Shown here: positions 48,722 through 54,179 of the stretch, in pieces | How positions within the stretch are numbered: position 1 is the first letter of the stretch | How the letters are laid out: each line of letters begins with the position of its first letter | Assembly: GCA_049515535.1 (NCBI GenBank) | Contig: JBEKTZ010000009.1 | Location: 124,001 to 178,179, forward strand | Source: Candidatus Aminicenantales bacterium | GTDB lineage: Bacteria > Acidobacteriota > Aminicenantia > Aminicenantales > UBA4085 | Direction of reading: 5' to 3' | DNA: 54,179 nt | The notes under the pieces: model-generated | The model's input: only the letters and a program-made list of their open reading frames with translations | Database searches by the model: none | Told to the model about the DNA's origin: nothing | Made by a program: the position numbers and the translations under genes

Positions 48722-50040
48722 CACTTCCCCGCCTTCTTCGGCTCCATCTTCCGCAAATCCAGCCCCTGTTCGAAAGCGCCGATCCTGTAGAGACAGATCT
48801 CGCGGAGCGAGGACGGATGATGGAGGACCTCGGACAGCGATTGCTGCCCGACCGCCCAAACGCCGCCGCCCCTCACGACGACGACCTTATACTCATGGAG
48901 CAGCCGGATGAGAGTCTCCGGATCCGGCTTCGGCGGGACAACCGGAATGACCAGATACAGGAAGCTCCCTTCGGCATCGATCGGCACGATCCGGTCGCTC
49001 GGCCCGTCCTCGCCCGGATACCGGAAATGCGCCTGCGCCTCGGCGTCCGGCAGGTAACAATGCATCACGGTCTGGAAATCGGTCGCGGCGTAAATGGTCT
49101 TGTGCCAGCCGAGCTCCGCCGAATCCGACGCCTCCGCCCGCAGGGGGATCTTGAGCAGCGGCCCGCCGATGTCGCGCGGCATGGACGCTTTCGGAGCGTA
49201 GAGAAGATCGTTCACGCCGCGGACGGACATCGACCCCGTGTGGAACGGCGACAGCCGCGATTCGAAGATGCGCGTGCCCGCCTTGCGAAATTCCCTGAGG
49301 ATCTCGGTTTCCTCCGCGAACGCATTGACCTCGTCGCCTTCGATTTCGAACCGGTCGGGTGGATACGAAAAAAACGCGGCAGGATCGGCCCGCAGGCGCG
49401 TCCTCAGCGCCTCGATATCCACGCCCAATTTTTTTGCGGCCCTCACGACGGCGCCCGCATTGTTCGCGACGCACTGGAGGAAAAACGCCTCTTTGAGCGT
49501 CCGGCCCCTGGCGAAGGTCCCGTGCGCCTGGATGACCGTCGCCGGATGATCGGCCAGGCGCTTCGGGATGATCTCGGCCATTTCGGGAGAACCGCTCGGC
49601 ACGGCCACCCAGTCCACGTGGACGTGGTCGCCCAGGTGATGGAAGCCGAGCGGATCGATCGGCACGAAATCCGCCGGCCGGCCGGGCTTCTCGGCGTCAT
49701 CGAGCGTGGCGATAGCCAGATCTTTCGTGTGGGCGTGGATCGAAGCCCGCGCCCCTTCGATCGACAGGATCCGTTGATGGATATCGGTTTCCGAAGAGGC
49801 CTTGTAATATCCGTAATCCGTCTCGGTCGCGGATAGAAAACAGATCTGGTCCGGCTCGAGATCGCCCTTCTGCGACCCCGTGGCCGTGATGATGATCTGG
49901 TCTTCGCCGGCGTCGCCTTTGATCCGGACGGCCATGTTGCCGCTATGGCTGTCCTGGATATCGTAAATGAGCGAGGCGCGGCCGACGGACGTGAAGAGAC
50001 GCAGGATCTCGTCACTGACGTTCCATCCATGGCGATTCAT
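48718..50040 (-). CDS. Class II aldolase/adducin family protein with two tandem domains
   Basis: Domain 1: SGNMAVR, ASSETDIH, IHAH, QAHG. Domain 2: TGSMSVR, SAELGWH, MHCY, VRGGG. Confidence 0.82.
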   Translation of the reverse strand: MNRHGWNVSDEILRLFTSVGRASLIYDIQDSHSGNMAVRIKGDAGEDQIIITATGSQKGDLEPDQICFLSATETDYGYYKASSETDIHQRILSIEGARASIHAHTKDLAIATLDDAEKPGRPADFVPIDPLGFHHLGDHVHVDWVAVPSGSPEMAEIIPKRLADHPATVIQAHGTFARGRTLKEAFFLQCVANNAGAVVRAAKKLGVDIEALRTRLRADPAAFFSYPPDRFEIEGDEVNAFAEETEILREFRKAGTRIFESRLSPFHTGSMSVRGVNDLLYAPKASMPRDIGGPLLKIPLRAEASDSAELGWHKTIYAATDFQTVMHCYLPDAEAQAHFRYPGEDGPSDRIVPIDAEGSFLYLVIPVVPPKPDPETLIRLLHEYKVVVVRGGGVWAVGQQSLSEVLHHPSSLREICLYRIGAFEQGLDLRKMEPKKAGKW

Positions 50041-51971
50041 CTTGGTCGTCCTTCGATTCTCAGGGATCTCATGAGAGCGCCGCTGGGACGGCCGGTTTCG
50101 TCCCAGCCCCGCACCTCATAATAATCCCGCCGCATCCTTTCCTGGGCTTCGCGCGAGACGGTTTTCTTTTCCCCGGCGACGATGATCGGGACTTCGCTGA
50201 AGCGCGGCGGGAGGATGTCGTCCTCCGCGGTCGCCCCCGCCTCGTAATTGATCAGCCTTTCGAGGGTGGCGATCCGGTTGGCGATATCTTCCAAACGCGC
50301 TTCGGAAAAATCCATGCCCGTGACGCCCGTCATCATCCGCGCCCAGGGACCGGTGTCGAAAGCGAACCCCGTGAAACGGCATATGCCCAAACTGTCCTGG
50401 AGGATGCCCTTGTTTTGCATGTTCCGGACGGCTATGGGCGACTGAAGCAGACTGAAGCGCGGGATTTCCTTGGTCCCGCCGAAGAAGGCGAGCGAGACCG
50501 CGTACCCTCCGCGCAGATGGCAGGCGCCGGTGGGCGACGTCATGTATCCGAGCGCCTGGGTGAATGAGGCGCGCGGGTCGTAGCCGGGGATTTCGAGCCG
50601 CTTCACGGACATCGACAGCTCGGGACGGCCGAAACGGCCGGCCAGGCGGAACGATCCTTCGGCCAGGAGATCACCGATTCCGCGGCGGTAGGCCGTGGCG
50701 CGGGCGAGCGGTTCCAAAACCGCGGCGTTTCCGAAACGGAGATCGAAACCACCGGCGGCCTCGGACGGCAGATGGCCGCCCTCGAAGAGTTCCATAGCGC
50801 AGGCCACCGTGCCTCCGAAGCTCATGGTGTCCAGGCCGAGTTCGTTGCACCGGTAATTGGCTCGCGCGATCGCCTCGAGATCATAGACGTCGCAGACGGG
50901 GCCCATCATGACGATCGTTTCGTATTCGGGACCTTCGCCCCTTTCAATCCCGCCGGCGCCGGATTCCACGGCGGACGGGGCCCCGGGTTTTGCCCGGGGG
51001 TCCACTTCCGCCGCGAAGGTTCGTCCCTTGACCCGCGTGTGGCGCTGACAGCCGATCGGGCAGAGATAACATCCTCCCGCGCGCTCTAGCAGCGTCCTGG
51101 CGAGCGTCGCGCCGGAGATCTTTTCCAGATTCTCCTCGATATGCCGGCTGTCCTGGAAGTTCCTGTGCGGCAGCATGCTGATGACATTGATCAATTCGAT
51201 GAGCCCCGCGGTCCCGAGCTCGCGGAGGAGACGCTTGGTGACGGGCGCCTGTTTCATGAGGTAGAGCGCCTGCTCGTAGCCGGACTGGTAGCGTTCTTTG
51301 TCCTTGATCTGGATCTTCGCCTTGCCCGAGACGCGGATGGCCTTGAGATGCTTGGCCCCCCAGATCGCCCCGGGCCCGCAGCGGCCGTAAACCCGGTTTT
51401 TATCGTTCACGACGGCCGCGATCCGGACGAGGTTTTCGCCGGCCGGACCGATGCAGAGAATCTTCGGGCGGCTGCCAGGCTCTCCGTCCGCAATCAAGGC
51501 GTCGGTGGTCTGATGCGCGTCGAGACCCCAAAGACGGCCCGCCGGCGCGATCGACGTTTTTTCCGGGGTGATATCGATGACGACGGGTTCAGCGGCGCGC
51601 CCTTTGACGACGACGGCGTCATAGCCCGTGGCCTTGAACGCGGCGCCCCACGTTCCGCCCGAATTCGAGGTTCCGATAAGCCCGGTCAGCGGCGATTTGA
51701 AGACCATGTGCCCGCGGCCGGCGGTCGGCGCGTTCGTCCCGATAAGAGGGGACGCGGCGATGACGACGACGTTGTCCGGGCCGAGGGGATCGCAGCGCGG
51801 GTCCGCGACGTCATAAAACAGGCGCGTGGCCAATCCGCGTCCGCCGAGATAGTCGGCCACGAGCTCGGCGGCCAGCGGTTTGATCAGGATATCGCCCGTG
51901 GTCAGGTCAATCTCGAGATATCGGCCGTGAAAGCCATAGCGCGCATCGCTCATTTTTGTTTTGAAATCCAA
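50037..51971 (-). CDS. aor: Aldehyde:ferredoxin oxidoreductase family (W/Mo-pterin)
   Basis: LGGRGLA, KSPLTG, IGPAGENLV, GAKHLKAI, CYLCPIGC, EGPEYET, GLDTMS, GACH, YYEVRGWD. Start may be 51953. Confidence 0.93.
   Translation of the reverse strand: MDFKTKMSDARYGFHGRYLEIDLTTGDILIKPLAAELVADYLGGRGLATRLFYDVADPRCDPLGPDNVVVIAASPLIGTNAPTAGRGHMVFKSPLTGLIGTSNSGGTWGAAFKATGYDAVVVKGRAAEPVVIDITPEKTSIAPAGRLWGLDAHQTTDALIADGEPGSRPKILCIGPAGENLVRIAAVVNDKNRVYGRCGPGAIWGAKHLKAIRVSGKAKIQIKDKERYQSGYEQALYLMKQAPVTKRLLRELGTAGLIELINVISMLPHRNFQDSRHIEENLEKISGATLARTLLERAGGCYLCPIGCQRHTRVKGRTFAAEVDPRAKPGAPSAVESGAGGIERGEGPEYETIVMMGPVCDVYDLEAIARANYRCNELGLDTMSFGGTVACAMELFEGGHLPSEAAGGFDLRFGNAAVLEPLARATAYRRGIGDLLAEGSFRLAGRFGRPELSMSVKRLEIPGYDPRASFTQALGYMTSPTGACHLRGGYAVSLAFFGGTKEIPRFSLLQSPIAVRNMQNKGILQDSLGICRFTGFAFDTGPWARMMTGVTGMDFSEARLEDIANRIATLERLINYEAGATAEDDILPPRFSEVPIIVAGEKKTVSREAQERMRRDYYEVRGWDETGRPSGALMRSLRIEGRPR
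50964..51032 (-). repeat. Repeat family A, copy 7, in frame within aor
   Basis: Encodes VKGRTFAAEVDPRAKPGAPSAVE (residues 314-336 of the listed ORF). Confidence 0.95.
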
Positions 51972-51987
51972 TGAAAATCTAAAAATT

Positions 51988-52016
51988 AGGATACTAAATC
52001 ATACCGTGGAAGACAA
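51988..52016 (-). promoter_or_regulatory. Sigma70-type promoter of the aor operon
   Basis: TTGTCT-17 bp-TATCCT. Confidence 0.55.
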
Positions 52017-52045
52017 GGACAAATCTCTCTTTGCGGCCGGCGGCC

Positions 52046-52321
52046 TCAGCCACCGCCCATTAAAGGAAACACGGAGACGACGACGCCGTCCACGAGCGTC
52101 GTATCCAGGCCGGTCGCCGCCGGAAGCGCGGTCCCGTCGATCATGACGACGATATGCGCTTTAAGCCTCTCCCCGTCAAAGAGCTCGGCCCGGCGGGCGG
52201 GCGTATCGCAGATCCGCTCGAGGAGATCCCGGACAGGGGCCGGAGGCGAAAGCGAGATATCGCGCTCTTTCATTCCGAACAGTTCGCGGAAGTAAGCGAA
52301 ATATTTGACTTTGATGTTCAT
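52046..52321 (-). CDS. moaD: MoaD/ThiS-family sulfur carrier
   Basis: IKVKYFAYFRE, C-terminal FPLMGGG; ATGA overlap with the NTPase. Confidence 0.9.
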   Translation of the reverse strand: MNIKVKYFAYFRELFGMKERDISLSPPAPVRDLLERICDTPARRAELFDGERLKAHIVVMIDGTALPAATGLDTTLVDGVVVSVFPLMGGG

Positions 52322-52830
52322 GGTTTCTGTATCGCGGCCATCAGGGCCGGAAGGGCGTTCTCGCCGCATTCCATGATCTCGATCTCATGTCCCGGGAAAA
52401 GCCCGCGAGCGTCATCGACAAGCCCCTCTCTGACGACGACGCAAAATCTTCGCCGGACGTTCTTCATCGCCTCCCGAAGAGCGGGCCACAGCCCTTGGCC
52501 GGCGAGCTCGAGCGGCCCGATTTCATCGATGATTAAAAGGTCGGCCGCCCGGCTCCGGTTGATGATGCGCTCCGCGAGAGCAAGTCCTTGGGGAAGAACG
52601 GAGTAGGGCCCCACGCGTTGCCCTTCGGGTTTTCCGTTGACGCGCAGAAAAGGCTCGCTCTGGCCGCTTTTAAGGTCGAGAAGATCATAGCCGACCCGGC
52701 TCTCGTTTTCCATGACGCGAAGGCTCAAGAATCCGTCGAAGGCGATCGCCACTCCGCGAAGGGAAGAGGTCAAGGCCTTGAGGATCGCGGTCTTTCCCGA
52801 ACCGACCGCGCCCGTGAGGATAAAGATCAC
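52318..52830 (-). CDS. P-loop nucleoside triphosphatase (THEP1/NTPase_1-like)
   Basis: TGAVGSGKT, GYDLLDL, LIIDEIGPLE. Confidence 0.85.
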   Translation of the reverse strand: MIFILTGAVGSGKTAILKALTSSLRGVAIAFDGFLSLRVMENESRVGYDLLDLKSGQSEPFLRVNGKPEGQRVGPYSVLPQGLALAERIINRSRAADLLIIDEIGPLELAGQGLWPALREAMKNVRRRFCVVVREGLVDDARGLFPGHEIEIMECGENALPALMAAIQKP

Positions 52831-52906
52831 GGCTTGAGGATAAAACAGCCGCAGCCAGAATGTTGCGGACCCCTTGCAACAGTCGATAATAATGGAATAG
52901 GATTGC

Positions 52907-53083
52907 CTACTTGGTTCTACGCAGCAGGGCTATTCCACTGGCCAGAGAAGCACCAAAGGCTACGCCACCAAAAAAAATGCTGAGGAATTTCGCCACAGAT
53001 AGATCACTTGTTATGAAATACACGATGGCAAAACACAAAAAAATAATACTCACAATAAAAAGCATGATGGAACGCTTTTTCAT
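52907..53083 (-). CDS. Small 58-aa two-TM membrane protein (below the ORF-track cutoff)
   Basis: MKKRSIMLFIVSIIFLCFAIVYFITSDLSVAKFLSIFFGGVAFGASLASGIALLRRTK*; SD GGAGGA; own promoter. Confidence 0.7.
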   Translation of the reverse strand: MKKRSIMLFIVSIIFLCFAIVYFITSDLSVAKFLSIFFGGVAFGASLASGIALLRRTK

Positions 53084-53133
53084 TTCTTAAATCCTCCAGA
53101 TCTTTAATTTCAATGATAGAAAAAGACTCTTGT

Positions 53134-53162
53134 ATAATAACAAAGCGGAATTTTTATAGCAA
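53134..53162 (-). promoter_or_regulatory. Sigma70 promoter with extended -10 for the small membrane protein gene
   Basis: TTGCTA-17 bp-TATTAT with TG at the extended -10 position. Confidence 0.6.
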
Positions 53163-53288
53163 AGGGTCAGGATCTCCTGTTAAGGCAATTTTAAAAAATA
53201 TCATGTGCAAGCGACATTGTCTGTCAGGTTTAGAATAAGAGCTTTCATGGATGCGATCCTTTGATTGTATGGAACGCTGCTGGCGTTT

Positions 53289-54055
53289 TCATGGTATGCC
53301 CTCTACGAGTTTGATTTCGTCCTGCGTCAGGCCGTAAAGCTCATAGACGAGCGCGTTGATTTGCTGGTCGGTAGCGGTAACGGCATTCTGCAACGTCTGC
53401 CGCTCCGCGTCGGCCTTGGCCGCGCGCAGCTTCGGCGTCAGGGCCAGCATCTTGTCCACCAACCCCACCAGCCGGTCGTGGCGGGCTTTGGAGACCGGGT
53501 TTGAGTCTCCATAGACCGGAATCGGAAGAGCATCAAGGTCCACTTTCTTCACCTGTGCGATGCTGTCCTTGTTCGTCAGGCAGTTTGCCCTGAAAAAGGC
53601 ATTCAGCAATTTGGAATTCAGCACACCGAGAATAAACTTGAAACTCAAGTCGCTCCGGTTATTGAAAAGGAAGTAGAGAGACTGTTCTGGAAAGATGCCC
53701 GACTCATCGTAGGTCGCAATGATGGAATCGCCTGTCTTGCGGAGGAGAATCTTGGGGATTGATCCAAGCTTGGTTCGGTCGGTTGTGCGGCCGGTTATGT
53801 TCTCTCGACAGAAATCAAACCAATAAGTCTTCCGGATCTCAAATCGCCCGATGTTATCCCCTTTCATGGTTCTGATTTGGCGTTTGTTCTTGCGTTCTTC
53901 CGTTATGAGCGTGGACTTGCCTCCAAAGCCCGATGTCGTCTGGCAGAGATCGGCAAGCCGCCTGACTTGCGGCAGTCCTTCGAGCTTCTTCACCAGCTTC
54001 ATTACGCCGGCGTCCTCGAAATACACAAAGGCGTGCGATGGCGCTTCGATAAGGA
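53289..54055 (-). pseudogene. C-terminal fragment of a type IIG / TaqI-like restriction-modification enzyme (specificity domain); 5' boundary approximate
   Basis: PKILLRKT, FILGVLNSKL, LPIP and LVYELYGLTQDEIKLVE are typical. No methyltransferase motifs; the upstream part of the ORF runs into IS-like sequence. Confidence 0.72.
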
Positions 54056-54179
54056 TAAGATAACATGATGATGTGATGCACCTCCTCGGGGAGTCTGGTA
54101 GACTTCCCGTTGGAAACATTTTATTAGGAGGTGCACAGATGAATTATCTTGGAATTGATCATCATCGTCAATACTCTCA
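54055..54179 (+). mobile_element. Left end of a probable IS110-family element; boundary approximate
   Basis: Short structured leader followed by a transposase-like start, located where the R-M gene similarity appears to end. Confidence 0.62.
54139..54179 (+). CDS. Probable IS110-family transposase/recombinase, first 13 codons
   Basis: SD AGGAGG, then MNYLGIDHHRQYS, matching the YxGIDxH start of the DEDD RuvC-like domain. Only 13 residues are visible. Confidence 0.68.
   Translation, partial: MNYLGIDHHRQYS

Noticed and set aside
54056..54119. ATG 54119 as the start of an intact 276-aa R-M subunit
   Set aside because: The first ~20 residues come from the antisense of the IS-like leader and there is no SD; truncation is the simpler reading.

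Overview
GC-rich bacterial chromosomal window, probably from an anaerobe. Gene style suggests an Acidobacteriota/Aminicenantes-like organism; this is inference only. Contents in order: a partial class III ribonucleotide reductase (nrdD, absent from the ORF track) with tandem NrdR boxes; envelope and secreted proteins, including a sigma54-driven FecR/DUF6600-like protein and a Spy/CpxP-like protein; a sugar uptake and kinase operon; an S9 peptidase; a type IV pilus accessory locus (PilH/I/G-like, pilD, PilV/PilW-like, two PilX-like paralogs, HEAT and HD-GYP proteins); asnB, tilS and tRNA-Met; peptide and solute genes; an NTPase-MoaD-AOR-tandem aldolase-LutC-LutB cluster; and a type IIG restriction-modification gene fragment next to the start of a probable IS110 transposase. 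The main finding is a ~68-nt palindromic repeat present 7 times. Six copies are intergenic, three of them abutting ribosome-binding sites and one carrying a nested 39-nt hairpin. The seventh is inserted in frame in the aldehyde:ferredoxin oxidoreductase, adding 23 aa, which resembles Rickettsia palindromic elements. There is also a second 49-nt repeat family and several candidate structured RNAs at 16.1-17.1 kb. All calls were made by eye; no database searches were run.
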